In this document: positions 1-13,097 of the stretch, in pieces
Layout of the letters: each line of letters opens with the position of its first letter
Position numbering within the stretch: position 1 is the first letter of the stretch
DNA from: Lama glama
Taxonomy: Eukaryota
Reading direction: 5' to 3'
DNA length: 64,000 nt
Assembly: GCA_028534125.1 (NCBI GenBank)
Contig: CM052816.1
Location: 82,586,001-82,650,000 of the forward strand
Notes under the pieces: model-generated
The model's input: only the letters and a program-made list of their open reading frames with translations
Told to the model about the DNA's origin: nothing
The model's database searches: none
Position numbers and translations under genes: made by a program

Positions 1-700
1 AGCCACGATGTCCTGTCTTTCTAGTCCTCCCCTTCTCTTCAGCCTCATCACCACCATCATGTATCAAAGAACAATTATTGTTATAGACCTGAACTCCTTC
101 AACAGCCTGCCAGTTGCTTTCCCAGTCTCCAGTCTTAATCTAAGATTTTTTTTTCTACCAGGTAAATTTCTTTTCCAGAATCTAAGCTCACTCCATTAGT
201 GGAATCCTTTCAATTTCTTTTTACCTCCTTTAAAGGAAAAGGAAGAAAGTCTAGTTTGTTAGGATGATTTAAAAGATCCCAACTTACACTTTAACTCCTA
301 CAAGTCCCCAATGCAATAGTAAACTCCAATCAGAATAAACTTCGTTTCTTCCAATTTCATATCTAGTTTGGGATGTACATGTACTATTTCCATCTACTGG
401 AGTCTTCTTTATTGTTTTGTTTTTAGGTAAACTTCACTTGGACCAGGAGGCCAACCTTGATCCACATGCCCCACCATCCACATTCTCTATGCTACATACT
501 CCTTTTCTCAGTCCTATAGCATGATGTGCCTTTCTAAGACAGTGTTGCCATAAGAGAAATAAAATAAAAATAGATCATGTAAATTCTTCTTGACTATCTT
601 TCCCATAAGCTCAGTGAGTACAGGAACCATGTATGTCCATGTATGTCTTGCTCACTGTACCTAATACACATATATTGCCTGTACTCAGTAAAGATTTGGA
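1..700 (+). mobile_element. L2 (LINE2) 3' region, highly decayed
   Basis: Pyrimidine-rich L2-like blocks (caccaccatcat...cctgaactccttcaacagcctgcc) and L2 terminal motif aagctcagtgagtacaggaaccatgt...tactcagtaaagatttgg. Confidence 0.6.
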
Positions 701-2949
701 GTATTAGAAAATATTGAATTCCTTAACAGTATTGGGAATCCCTGGGGTCATAATGGTGTACCCTATGGGAAATTTCAGCAGGATTTCGATTCTCTTTATA
801 ATGATCAGTCTTTCATAAGAGAAGGAATCCTAGTTTGTTGACTATTTATAGGAGCATGCAATTTGTTTTGTTTTTATCGAAGTCCACAGTCAACCCATTC
901 TTGCGATTATTTGGGTTGTCTTAATCTCTGTCTTTGGATAACTATGAGTTTCATCCTAATTGATTTTTTTCATTTTTCTACTTCAAATCGGCAATGGGAC
1001 AGGAGGACTTTAAGAAACCATTATAAGACATTCATCTCTGGATTTTGCCATCATGTTAAATCCTTAATGTGGCCAACCCATGTCCCCTCTGGTGGCCTGG
1101 TTGTTTATTATGTAGGGATATGACTACTTGACTATTTCAGTCTTGTGGCTTTTTCTTTTCCCTTCCTAGGGTATTTGCAGTTTAACATAGATTCCCTGCA
1201 GAGGACTAGGATAAGCCCAAATAACTAACACTTTAGTTTTAAGCACATTGGCACTTACATAGAGAAAATTGCAGTTTCTCGGTGAGACTTTCCTTGGAAG
1301 ATTCCAGTCATCACAACAGGAAAAAAAATCTCTTTGCCCACATATGACCATGGCTTTCCTGAGATTTAATGTTAGTCAAAGACAATGTGGCAGTGTAGAT
1401 AGAAAGCATCTGTGCTTTTAAACTGGTTACATCCTTCTCAGGAGTTGCTGGTTCACTGTAAAATAGTGAAGATTGGGACAAAATTTCCCACATATAAGCA
1501 CATAAAATACTTATACTTTAAAGACCAAGACATTTTAAATGTACGAACTATAACTGAGATGTGAGACACCTGGATGTCCCCCAAATCCTTGGCTTGCTGG
1601 AGTATACAAATCTTTAAGCTCTAAATAAAAGTATCTTGAATACCTATTTCTCCTAAGGTGGAAGTCCACCTTTTCTCCCAGTATCTCCAGGGATTCCTGA
1701 TGGAGGCATAAATTTCCCTGGACTTCTTTGGCTCCCATAAATTAGTCCCACCAAACTGATCTCCAGAGTGGATGTCACAGAATGCATATGCTATTCCAGT
1801 TCCACAGTGGAGCCCCCTGCTGCACACGCCCCAGTCACGCCTGGGAAGAACTGACTCCATGAGCAGCAGTTTTTACTAAGCTTTTAGAACAATGGAGAAG
1901 GGTTACCATTTAGTAAAGAATCCATAACATTTTTGAGTGAGTTTAGGGATCATTGATTAAGCAGTAATCTATCCTTAATAGAGCATAATATGTCTGTTTT
2001 TATAACCATAGAAATATTAAGTGAGTTTATAATTTTCTAATATGCTGGGTTGTTGTTTTTTTTTTTTTTCACGGAGAAAGCAACTGGAATTCCTTAGATC
2101 TTACAAATCAAAGTTGGGATGAAGTTACTTGTCATTATAGAGGAAGTAAGGAGTCAACGGTAATATTGTCTAAATTGCATTTACCATTAAATGAAGTTAT
2201 TTGAGGTATATTATTGAATATAGGGACTCATTTGGAATAGAAGGAACTGTTCTTGCCAAGGATAGCCATATGTGGCATACATCTTTGTTTATTGAATAGC
2301 TGATAGGTAACAGGATGTTCAAGATCATATTTCATGCTTTTGAGATGGTAATTTTCAAAATAGTGACAGAGCATGAAAAATTTCATAATGTAACACATTA
2401 AGAAGAAAATAAGAATTCTCCTCAACGTGTAGGTTCTCTTTTTAATATACATGAATAAAGTGTAAGAAAAGACAGATTCTCTCTAGGGTCATGTGGGAAT
2501 CCCAAGCTACTCTAGCCTTTGTATTTGTCCAGCTTGCTAGCTATATAATGCATAGCACTGGAGAGTTACCAAGCAAAATGTGTACAGCTTAGTGACAAAG
2601 AAAATCTCAATATACCGAATAAAATGTCTATGCAGCATCTCAGCATGAGTGTTATTAAAAATGTTTAAAAACCATCAATACGCATTTAAATTTAAAAATT
2701 TGCAAATAGTGGAATGAGTGATTAGTAGAGAATCTCTGAATCATCATACTACATTTTTTACACAAAACTAAACAGATAAGCTTACTATGAAGTCCCTCAA
2801 GTTGTATGTGAAGGTTTAAAACATAGAAAGTTACTAAGGTAACACAGTACACACCTATTTAGTATACACCTGTTTACTCTTCTTGCTGCCATTTTTGTTT
2901 CAAAATTTTATACTATAATTAAAAATTAAAATAAAAGTAAAGTTGAATT

Positions 2950-3445
2950 TTGATCCTTTTTGGAGTCCCATTAGCCTCTCCTGCCCTCCGGAGGTAACTA
3001 TATTTTCAGTTGTTCTTTCACTACGTGTGTCTTCATGAATTTTATCTCTCGCATGTGTTTCATAAATTATTTGCAAATATGGCTATATAACTTAAAAATT
3101 TTGCTATTTTTCACTCAATATAATATTTCTGAGATTGGCCAATGTGTTCTACAGCTTTAAATTAATCTATCATATGGATAATTATGGTTTATTTTTTCTA
3201 ACTGCTTGCTGCAAACATTGCTATGATAAACATCCTTGTACACACAGTCCAGCACACATGTGCAAGCATTTCTCTGGGGTCTATACATAGGCATGGAATT
3301 CCCAGGTGACAGGTCCTTCACCAGATTTTACCATAGTGTCCTCCAAGGTGGACTTAACAATTCATAATTTCACAAGCAAAAAATTAATATTCCTATTTTC
3401 CTGTGCTCACTTCACTTGATATAGTTAGACTTTTTGAATTGTCCT
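2950..3445 (-). mobile_element. Old L1 (L1ME-like) 3' end
   Basis: Antisense L1 3' motifs: gctatgataaacatccttgtaca, gtgcaagcatttctctggggt, ggcatggaatt, ctccaaggtgg. Confidence 0.7.
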
Positions 3446-4489
3446 CGTTTCCTTGTTTTTTTTGATTTTTATTTTAGATTTACTCTTAAATCATATAATT
3501 CATATAGTTTGTTCTATGATGAAGATATCTGCCTTTGGTTTTAGTTTGGGATAAAAGTTGATTTCAACATTTAGCCTTTAGGTATTCAACCAAAATATTT
3601 ATATGGTGTACCTGTTAATATGTAAATAAGTTAATACTTTACACATAAATATGTATATTGAAAATCACTGGAAGGTGAGAATTTGAAGGAAGTTATCAGT
3701 CCTAATCACTGAGAATTGAAAAAAACAAGTATTTGCGATCTAGTATTCATTTATTCACTCTCTTTTTTTTTTAACTCCTTGGTTCCTCTTTTGAATTCAA
3801 TGACATTCGCATCCCATGCTGATCACCAATAACATAGTCAGAACCTTGCATCAGGAGATATCATAAAAATTGCAGGACAGTTCTCTGTCTCTTTTTCTGC
3901 AATTTCCTAAAGATCATTTTGAGTTTAGTGTGTTTAACAAGTGCTTTTTAAAAAGAAATGTGCTTTTCATTAATCAGCTCTTGAAAACGCTAGTGATGGC
4001 CACTTAGCATAAAACAGTATTTAACTTTTCATGTCAGTGAAGTGTCATTTTCTGGTGAGAAATTTTTTTAATGGTGTCATTCTATGGAGAAGTGTCTATT
4101 AATGACCTCTTCACTTTATCAGTGTCCCCATCTATTGAGACGGGGAAACAGACAGAAATAAGCAGCATCATACTTGTTGTCTGTGACGCAAACTAGTGAC
4201 AATAGAAAACATTTTATTCCAAAATACTCTAGATGGAATTGAACCTTGGTTTTTTTTTTAATAAATTCCAAATGCTAATGTGGGTTATTAAAAAAAAAAC
4301 AAAACACTTCACTTAGACTCATCACCAGTGGAACTCAGGAACTGGTGAAAGGATGATTTTTTTATTTTCTATAGTCAAACAGAAATGTCAAGTATTTAAA
4401 CTTGTACCCAATGAGAAATATGCAAAATTTTTTTCTGAGGGATATAAAAACAACACATAACAACGGCAATAATTAAAAGACAAAGAACT

Positions 4490-4885
4490 TGGCATTTATT
4501 AAGTGGCCTTTCCATGGCCGGCTCTGTAGTTATCACGTGTATTCATTACAACAGCTCTTAGGAGGCAGGTGATATGGCTGTCCCCCCACCACCATAGTGG
4601 AAGCTGCTGCTTTGTACAAGTTGACACAACTGCTCAATGGCAGATCTGAGATAGAGATCTATGTGACCCCAAAGCCAGTTTTCTATCTACTTTCTTTTAC
4701 TGCTTTCCTTTAAATGTATAATATCCAGGAAACACATCTGTTAACTTATAAAAAGCTAAAATGTTTTGAATCTATTAGGTACCATAGAGGTGAGTTCAGT
4801 CTCCCTTTTTTATAAATGAGGAGACTAAGTTACAGAGAATGGCAGTGATTTGAACAGAGTCCCACACAAAGTTAACAAAGAGCCT
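4490..4885 (-). mobile_element. Two MIR SINE fragments
   Basis: catttattaag...tgtgaccccaaagcc and core ttttataaatgaggagactaag...cagagaatggcagtgatttg. Confidence 0.6.
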
Positions 4886-5049
4886 ACACTCCTGGTGTGT
4901 AACAACACATTGTGCAAAACATTTATTTTTGTGCAACATTTTCTGTAATTCTACTTTTTCTTTAATGATTCAATGGACTCTTATCACAAAGCTGACTTAG
5001 CTGCTGATTTTCTCTGCATAGTGTTCCTCTTTCTGCTCTTTTGGCCACA

Positions 5050-5545
5050 GCACTCCTTCTGCTCTGGAGATGATGTCTTCTCTGTCAGTAGGATTCTGGT
5101 CTGTGTGGTTACTCATCACGGTGTTCCAGCTCCTGTCAGCCCATAGATGGACATGGGACTTATAGCTGAGCAATCAAAGTTCCATTGTCCTGGTCGTAGT
5201 AATTATCAGAAACAGGCACAAAACCAAAGACAAATAGATCCCAAGGGTTTTATTTTTAAAAAGGGAACTAGGAAATATAGTTTTTTTATTCAGTAGTTCT
5301 TAAACTGAGTTGGTATAAGTTTGAGCTGTTTCCAGTCATTTTCTTCAATTCTTCAATAGAAGAGAATAAGATTAACACAGAAATGATGCAAAAAAGAAAG
5401 AAAGGCTAAACAGATAAAAGAAACACACACACACACATAGATCCACTAATCCCTAAAATAACTCCATCTCCTGGATTTACTGGTACTAACGAAATCCTTT
5501 TTTGTTTAAACTAAGTTTTGTCACCAAAATATTTGGATATGAGTT
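5050..5545 (+). mobile_element. MaLR LTR (MLT1J/K-like)
   Basis: gagcaatcaaagttccattgtcctggtcgtagtaatt and 3' end atctcctggatttact...ttttgtttaaactaagttttgtcac resemble old MLT1 LTRs. Confidence 0.5.
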
Positions 5546-5973
5546 TTAACTTGATAAAGACATAGATTATGTTTCTTGTTTATTTCTTAGATACTTCCTG
5601 TCATGTTCATTGTGCAATATTGTTTATACATATTTAATCTAGGAACTTTAAAAAATAATTCTAGTAAGTTTTTTTAATGTTTTCTATTTAATATTAAAAC
5701 CAGGCACCATGAATGAATATAGAATTGAATTGTTATCATATTATTGCAAAAAACAATCCTTAAGTATAATAAACAATTAGTGAAATTTATTCAAATAACA
5801 TGGTATATATGTAAACCTATTTCAGAAATGTAATTTTGTTTAGTTATTTTTAAAGCTTTCTATTATTTTCAGGAATACGTATTTGTTAAGTGCAAGAATA
5901 CTTTACCCAAAAGAGAAGAGACACTTTCTGAAGAGATATTGAAGATTCACTGTACTTTTATGTAGACTTAATG

Positions 5974-6040
5974 CTTAATATTGAAGAATATTGCTTAATG
6001 CTGAAGAATATTGAATAATGCTTAATGCTGAAGAATATTG
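5974..6040. repeat. Short tandem repeat, 3 copies of ~20-bp cttaatgctgaagaatattg
   Basis: Copies at 5974-5993 (variant), 5994-6013 and 6021-6040 read directly. Confidence 0.85.
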
Positions 6041-6309
6041 TCTTCAAAATTAAACAAATGGTAAAATCCCTTTATAAACCAGATCATTATACAAACGCAA
6101 AAAGGTCAAAATTTACAACAAGAAATATACAAGGATAACAGGAAAAGTTTAGCATAATAAATATATAAAGTAGCTGGTTGTCCCAATATCTGATGTCACC
6201 AAGGAGTAATGATATTTTATGAACTTTGCTTTCCATAATTGCTGGCTCATCTATCAACACTTGGAAACAAAGAAGCATCACGTTAAAACTACGAACAGGT
6301 AATATAATA

Positions 6310-6515
6310 TAATAATTTATGTTTATCGAGACTTTACTATGTTAAGCATTCTGTGTGTTTTATCTTTTTATTCTTCAAAATCCCTGTGATACAATATGGG
6401 TTTGTGTCTCTGTTTTATAGTTGTTAGTTGAGTTTATATAGGATGCCTAACTTGACAGGGCAGAGTCGGACTTGCACCAAGTTCCTTCTCATGACCATAC
6501 TCTTAACTCCTAAAC
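6310..6515 (-). mobile_element. MIR SINE
   Basis: tttatcgagactttactatgt...ctctgttttatag...ggcagagtcggacttgcaccaag...actcttaac. Confidence 0.6.
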
Positions 6516-7479
6516 AGTATTGTAACCCAGACACTATCTCCACCTTTATTATGATAGATCGCAATTTTAATCACAACTTCTTGTCAGATTTGGAAGGGAA
6601 AGAGATAGCTATTTTCAATGTAAGCACTTAACCTAATTAAAAAATTCAGTCTCTAATACTTGCATAGGTGCAAATGTATGTTCATGTGTAATGGTGAATA
6701 CATATCCTTACTATACATACTTAACATTTAAAAATGCTCATCCAAGAATTTATCTCTTGTATAAGGAATAAAAATTGTGACACTGGCCATTATAAGGTAT
6801 TAAAAAATTCATGGCAACTTTTGAAAAAGAAGGACTGTTATTAACCTTGGTGTCTTGACCAAATTACAATTCGGGTAATTACATTTGTCTTCCCTAATCT
6901 CCTTTTCAGTTTTCAATTGGGTAGTGTATTCTTAATGGATTTCATTACCAAGCTTCCCTTAGGATTTAAAATAGGGCTTATCTTCTAAGGACTAGGTTCA
7001 CTCCAAATTTATGTTCTCTAACTTCAACTGAGCTGTCACTGAAACTTCAATTGTGTGTAAGTCTTCAATTTGTTCCTCTTTTGCTCATTTTTCGCTTTCT
7101 CACTTTGGCTCTTCCAAACCATTTCCATCCTCTTCAAGACCCAAATACACATCTCAGCCCAGCAATTATTTTTGAATGCCGAGTGTGCAACCACTCTCTT
7201 ATGTGCTGAAATACCAAGATCAATTAGGTGTTGTTTGCTACTTTCCATAAACTCCCATAGCAGAAAGCACTGCTTTTTAAAAAACCTTTTAGAACGAATT
7301 GCCTTCCTACTTCACAGAAAAGAAGAAAAAAAAAAATCAGTCATGCAGGGTGTATTCTGCAGGCCATCTATTCCCTGTAAAAATTTCTTCCTATAACCAC
7401 AACCTTGACTTTTCAAAACTCCCCCATATCATTCTTCCACTTCTTTTTTCTTCATTTCTGCCTGTTTTGCAGAGAAATG

Positions 7480-8060
7480 TGTGCCTTCTTTCCTACACGG
7501 CTGCATTCACCTGTGCTCTAGATCCCTCTCTTCCTTACTGCTCATTTCCCTCACTCTTAAATCAGTCACTTTCACTAACAACATTCCGTAAACATTTAAA
7601 ACATTTCTTTTCTTATTAATGGGGAAAAAATCCATTTCCTCTTGGTTTCTCTAGCCTTCAGTCAATCTCATTCTCTTTTTTATTCTTTTATCACCATGTC
7701 CTTTCTTCTCATTTTTTTCCATCAGTTCCACACAATATGATTTCCTTTCCTGCTATTGTGTTAAAACTCTTCTTCAAATAAACCAGCAAATTTCAAATTG
7801 CAAAATCAATACCAGTTTCTTAGCACTCAAAATTTGTATTTTTCTTTTGGGTTTAACGTTGCTGACTGCCCCTTATTTATAAACTATATGTTTCTTCAAC
7901 TTCCCATACGTTTTTCTCATGATTTTCTCCTCCTGCCTTTGTGAATTCTTTAACTTTCTGCTTGTTTCTCGTCATTTTTCAAATTATAGTGTAAGGTCTT
8001 ACCAGTGTTTTGTCTTTGGCTTTCTTTTCCTTTTGTAATCTTTTTATTAGTGATCAATTT
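7480..8060 (+). mobile_element. L2 ORF2-region fragment (probably continues ~8480-8720)
   Basis: cacctgtgctctagatccc; aaactcttcttcaaataaaccagcaaatttcaaattgcaaaatc; gttgctgactgcccctt resemble L2 RT region. Confidence 0.55.
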
Positions 8061-8099
8061 TAATTAACTAGTTCACTGAAGGAAAAATAAGAAAGGTAA

Positions 8100-8460
8100 A
8101 AACACAACATTTGTATACTTAGTATGGGCTAGCCATTGGACTAAATAATTTACATAAATAATTTCATTTATTAAGGAAAATAAAATCAGGGACATTATCA
8201 GAATTTTGAAGTTAAAAAGCTAAGGCTGAATATGACCTAAATATATTTTTAAAGCTTCTCTTATATACTTTTTAAATTTTCATACCTATTTCATTCAGTA
8301 ATCTTAGGCTTAGATTTTATCTCCACTGTTTATTTTAGTTGCAGTATTTCAGACAAAAGATTATGAGTAAGCTATCCAAATTTTCATAGTTAAATTTTAT
8401 AGTAGGCCTAGGATACAAATTCAGGTATATTCAAATCCAAAGTTTATATTTAGTCCTTTA
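8100..8460 (-). mobile_element. MIR SINE fragments
   Basis: aacatttgtatacttagtatgggctagcc...; ggcctaggatacaaattcaggtatattcaaatccaaag. Confidence 0.5.
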
Positions 8461-9019
8461 TAGCATTTTGCTTCAAAATGGATCACTCTGCCATATATAT
8501 ACTTTCATTTAAGAACTTGCTCAGGAATAGCTATATTACTGCTCTGAGTATGCATTAGTCATAAATTATATGGGTATCTGACGATCATTGTATGTTTCAC
8601 ACATGCAAATAGCTTGCTCTTAATCTTTTCTAAAATTTATTTTTCTACCTGGTATCACTGACTTTCTGTTTCTCTCAAGGAAGGCTTGATTTTTATATCA
8701 GCATCTCTATTTCCATTTTCAGTTCTCTCCCCTATAATTTCGTTTAGGAACTCATGTGACCACATATCACTGACACACAGGTCCAGAAAAGGAGTTGTGG
8801 AATTGTGAGCTGAGAATTATGGAAAATTTAATCTAGTGGTTTAAAGATACACATCTACAATTGTATATTGTATCAAATAGATGGATGTGTCAAATTGGTA
8901 AAATCCAATGATGCTTACTAATATCTTAACACATTAATAGATTGTGAAGGAATATATTGCAGTCTGTGTGGCTTAAGTGCACATTCCTAGGGGTCTTCAT
9001 ACTTTGCACCAAGAAGTAA

Positions 9020-9362
9020 GATATACTGCATTGTTTCCTGCAGAATTGTATGTTTATGTCCTAACACCAATGTCATTTTATCTGGAGACAGTGTTTAGGG
9101 GAGAAACTTAAATGTAGTCATAAGGTAAGGCCCTAATCTGACAGGATCTTGGTCTTAGAAGAAGATCTTTCTTTCCTCCCCCTCAGCACCCTGCCACGTT
9201 AGAACACAATGAGAAGACAGCCAGCTGCAAGCCAGGAAGAGAGTTCTCACCAGAACCTGACCTGCTCTTGGATAGCCTGCCTCCAGAACTGTGAGAAAAT
9301 AAATTTCTATTGTATAAACCACCTACTGTGGTATTTCGTTATGGCTGCCTGAACTAATACAC
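9020..9362 (+). mobile_element. MaLR solo LTR (MLT1A-like)
   Basis: ggccctaatctgacagga; gagaagacagccagctgcaagccaggaagagagttctcaccagaacctgacc; cctccagaactgtgagaaaataaatttct; ends aactaataca. Confidence 0.9.
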
Positions 9363-9651
9363 AGGGCAAATGGGTACGTTTCCAGTGTTTTACAGAGAGA
9401 GAGAGAAAAAAGTCATGTACCTGTAAAGCTAAAATTATGAACACTGAAAGAAAGGCATCAATAACATATAATCTTAGGTATCTTTCTGCCTGAGGGTGTG
9501 CCGTTTTGTTTGTTAACTCTGGGAAAAGGAAAAAGGACTCAGTGTTTCTATACCTGCTATTCAAAAGAGGGTAATTGCTACATTAAAGGCTTGCGGAAAG
9601 TTCTAACATTCCAGTTCATATTTAACTTAAGGTAAACATCAAAAGTTCTTC

Positions 9652-9740
9652 AACAATAACAACTCTTAACATGTATCATGTGCTTATTCTGTGCCAAGCT
9701 CTGAGCTTTCCTGTCTAATGTTACTTAATACTCACAACAG
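9652..9740 (-). mobile_element. MIR SINE, left part (split by L1-like element)
   Basis: aacatgtatcatgtgcttattctgtgccaagctctg...ttaatactcacaacag. Confidence 0.6.
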
Positions 9741-9764
9741 TTGAGATTTCAGAGTTCTCTCTCC

Positions 9765-11375
9765 ACTTTGATGCTTATTTTAGTAACATGGTGGGCTAGA
9801 TACCTGATAGATTTGCTTACTGAGAACAGTAATAGTCTAAAATGCAATATATGTTTTAAAAAAATCTGCTTTTAAATATCCATGTTATCTCAAGAAGGGA
9901 AAATATTTTTCCTGCTAGGGACTGAGTGAAAGTCAGAATTCAGGGAGGTAACTAGAACAAGGCTGCTTGCTTGCTTTTGTCCTTAGGCACTTACATCTCT
10001 GATGAATCTAAGCTTTGGATTTCATGGCTTAGGTTCATGCCAAAAATATACATTAGGGGATAATTTTTTCAATAATCTGAGATCCAAAAGGTCAACACTC
10101 TCAGGGTGGATTTATATCACATTCTCTCCTTTCAGAGGATTCCATTGAAAATAACTGTCTCGACTCAAAGCAGGAGAGGATGAGTAAGGAATGTTACCAA
10201 GAATTTGAAACCATGAAGTGTCCCCATGAGGGTATGCTGCCTTAATTCACATTCCAGTCTTAAAAAACAACCAAACAAAAAATCCTCTCTGGAAAGTTCT
10301 CCTTTATATCTCAGTCTTCTTTTCTGTCTCTCCCTCTTGTTCTCTTTCTCTGTATCTTGGAAAGAGAGGTAGCAAAAATAACTAAGGATAGAAGGAAATA
10401 ACACACCATGAATAAATGCCAGTAACTGGCAAAAGAAACTGATCCAGAAGGTTTTAGATAATTGAATTATACATAGTCTTTAAAACTGAATGATGATTAT
10501 GCTTAACGACAGAAAATCCAAACTTAAGATATATGCAACCAGCAAGAAACAATAAAGAATGATCAAAGATATTTGAAAAAATAACTCAATAAAACTTTTA
10601 GAAGTTAAAACCTGAATAATTGAAATGAGAACTCAGTGGACAATTTTACACAGATTAAGTATGGAATTAGTGAACTAGATGGTAGCTATAAAGAAAGAAT
10701 ACAACAAAAAAAAAGGGCAAAGAAAGATAAAATAGGAATAGTGTTGATATATGAAGAACAAAGATTTAATAAATCTGTAATTTTAGCTCTAGAAATAGGG
10801 AAGAAAGAGAATACAACAGAGAAAATATTTGAAGATATAATGTAAAAATAATAATAATAATCCAGAACTGATGATATCACAAACCATTACATCAAGAAGT
10901 TCAGTTCATTAAATCAAGAAACTCCAGCAACATAAACAAATAAAACTTACCCACTCCTCTACACGCACAGTGAAACTCCAGAATGCCCAACAAGAAGAGA
11001 CCTTAGGAGGAGCCAGAGAGGGGCAGATTTTCTCTAATGGTGCAGTGGTTGGACTGACAGCTATCTTTACATGTGTGGTGGTGGAAACCAGAAGATGGAG
11101 GCATCAAATCTTCTATGTGCTAAAAAAAAAACTCTCTCTCAGACTAGTATTCTATGAGCAGTGAAAATTTCTTTCAAGAACAAGATATAACAAAATCTGA
11201 AAGTTTGCCATCAGATCATTCATAGCAAAATAAGTTTTAAAGTATATACTTCAGACAGAAGGCAAGTGATCTGAGAAGGAAGATTTGATATTCAAGGAAT
11301 AATAAATACCAAAAAATGATAAACGTATGAATAAATTTTAAAACAACAGGCTTGAAAATTAATAACAATGTCTGA
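9765..11375 (+). mobile_element. Old L1M/HAL1-like element: 5' region plus decayed ORF1, no ORF2
   Basis: A-rich ORF1-like text: aataattgaaatgagaactcagtggac, gaattagtgaactagatg, aaaatatttgaagatataatg (KIFEDIM), gtgaaactccagaatgccca, ggactgacagct, gaaaccagaagatggagg. Confidence 0.75.
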
Positions 11376-11377
11376 TG

Positions 11378-11525
11378 GTCTATTATTATCCGTATTTTAC
11401 GGAGGTGGAAAGGGAATGAGAGGGAGCCTGAGTACTTTTCTCAAAATCATGTAAGTTTTAAGCCGCAAACTTAAATGTGAACCCAAGATTCTCCAATTCT
11501 CTGATTAAATCCTCTGTTCAGCTAC
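11378..11525 (-). mobile_element. MIR SINE, right part
   Basis: tattattatccgtattttacggaggtggaaa...aaatgtgaacccaagattct. Confidence 0.6.
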
Positions 11526-12113
11526 ATTTCCAAATGAAAGAATAAAGGATGGAGAGCATGCATCTCACAGAATTAGTGAGTTAAAAGATGGATTCTGATA
11601 AGAAACTAATATGAGAGAGACAAAGAGTTAAAAAGTCAGATTCAAGATTTGTGGACCCACCACCAAATTACCTCCCTGTGTAAACTGGTGTACGTCCCTT
11701 CATGTAGCTCATGTCAGCAGCAGCATCTGTTAACATAGGAATGGTATTTGTCATCTCAGCTACAGTTTTGTAAGGACTTACTGCACAATGGCTTTAGGAA
11801 TAGAATGAGAAAAAAAGGACCAGCTCAATCCTCTTCAGATTTTACTCATCATTCAACTCAAGGGGTCCCTTCAAAAAAGCCAAGAGCCCTGCATGGGCAG
11901 GGGTGGTGCTGTGGACACAGCAATAACAAAAGGCAAAGCAGTAGTTCCGCACTCCCCCTCCCACCCTGGGTTTTCTAAGTATCTGCTCAAGGGTAGACGT
12001 GGATGATTTTGAAAACAGGCTTCCCAACATGTTTTGGGTCATGATTTACCCCAGTTCCCAATATTTTAATGCTTATTCTTAAGGGGCTATCATAATAATA
12101 GAATCATTGTGAT

Positions 12114-12671
12114 AAAAGTGAGTGCCCATTGTGGCCTTGACCTACCCGCCAGCAGGCCAGAGCCTGCCCTGAGATGGGCTGGGCTCTGTCCCTGCCCAAC
12201 AGTGCCCCTCCTCTAGCCTTGGGACCAGTCTTACCCAAGGGGCAGACACAAACTGCAAGAAAACCGCAGCCTTACAGCCTGTGGACCTGGCCCGCCCATT
12301 ATCAGGGAAGATTCTGCACTGGGACCTGCTGGGCCCTGGCGCCAGCCACTAGCAGGCCAACATAAGCTTTGGGACACCCTGGACCCTGTATTCAACTGGG
12401 TCAGGAACTGGCCCCACCTACCAGTGATCTGACATCACTTCTGGGACCCCAGGGCCCTGCAGCCAAATTCTGTGGCCCAGCTCTGCCTGGCAGTAGGCTG
12501 ACACTAGCTGCAGGACCTAGCTTCTGTATAGCACAGGGAACTGTGTACAGTATCTTGTAATAACTTTTAATGAAAAAAAAAAAGAATATATGTATGTATA
12601 TGCTTGACTGGGACATTGTGCTGTACACCAGAAACTGACACATTATAACTGACTGCACTTCAATTAAAAAA
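12114..12671 (+). mobile_element. Chimeric short L1: GC-rich 5'UTR-like monomers (12114-~12520) joined to young L1 3' terminus (~12521-12671)
   Basis: ggggcagacacaaactgcaagaaaaccgcagccttacagcctgtgga resembles artiodactyl L1 5'UTR; ctgtatagcacagggaac...cttcaattaaaaaaaa is L1 3' end; flanks aatcattgtgat / aatcattagtgat. Confidence 0.75.
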
Positions 12672-13097
12672 AATCATTAGTGATTCAGAATTATATACTG
12701 CCTCAAAATCAAAACGTTATTTCTTTCTGACTCATCAAAAAAATTTAAGGTGTAAGAAACTCAAAATGAATGCAAATTTTCTCAGTGTGATTTCATTCTT
12801 ATATTCTGAGGAGAAATAAACATAACAATTTTCTGTGGAAAATGTCCCACTCCCATGGACACCTGCTTCCCTATTTCACTCATTGCCTGTCACAAGGCTC
12901 GATAATCATAAATAGAACTTGAAGAAAATTTGTTTATGGCATCAAAGAAAATAATGTGGGTGCAAACTGTGCTTCAAGAAAAACCTATAAATAACTGTCA
13001 AATGAAGATGCTTATTTAAATCTATAAAAGGATCTCCATCTATATGCATCTCTTAAAAATTAATTTGGAGAGTTTTGGTATTACTTATCTTTTGGAA

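Noticed and set aside
1311..1466. Minus-strand acceptor-like site (ctattttacag) followed by a short open frame
   Set aside because: No matching donor or recognisable peptide; such sites are common by chance
5974..6040. Spaced direct repeats as CRISPR-like array
   Set aside because: Mammalian DNA; copies are adjacent or 7 bp apart with no unique spacers, consistent with slippage
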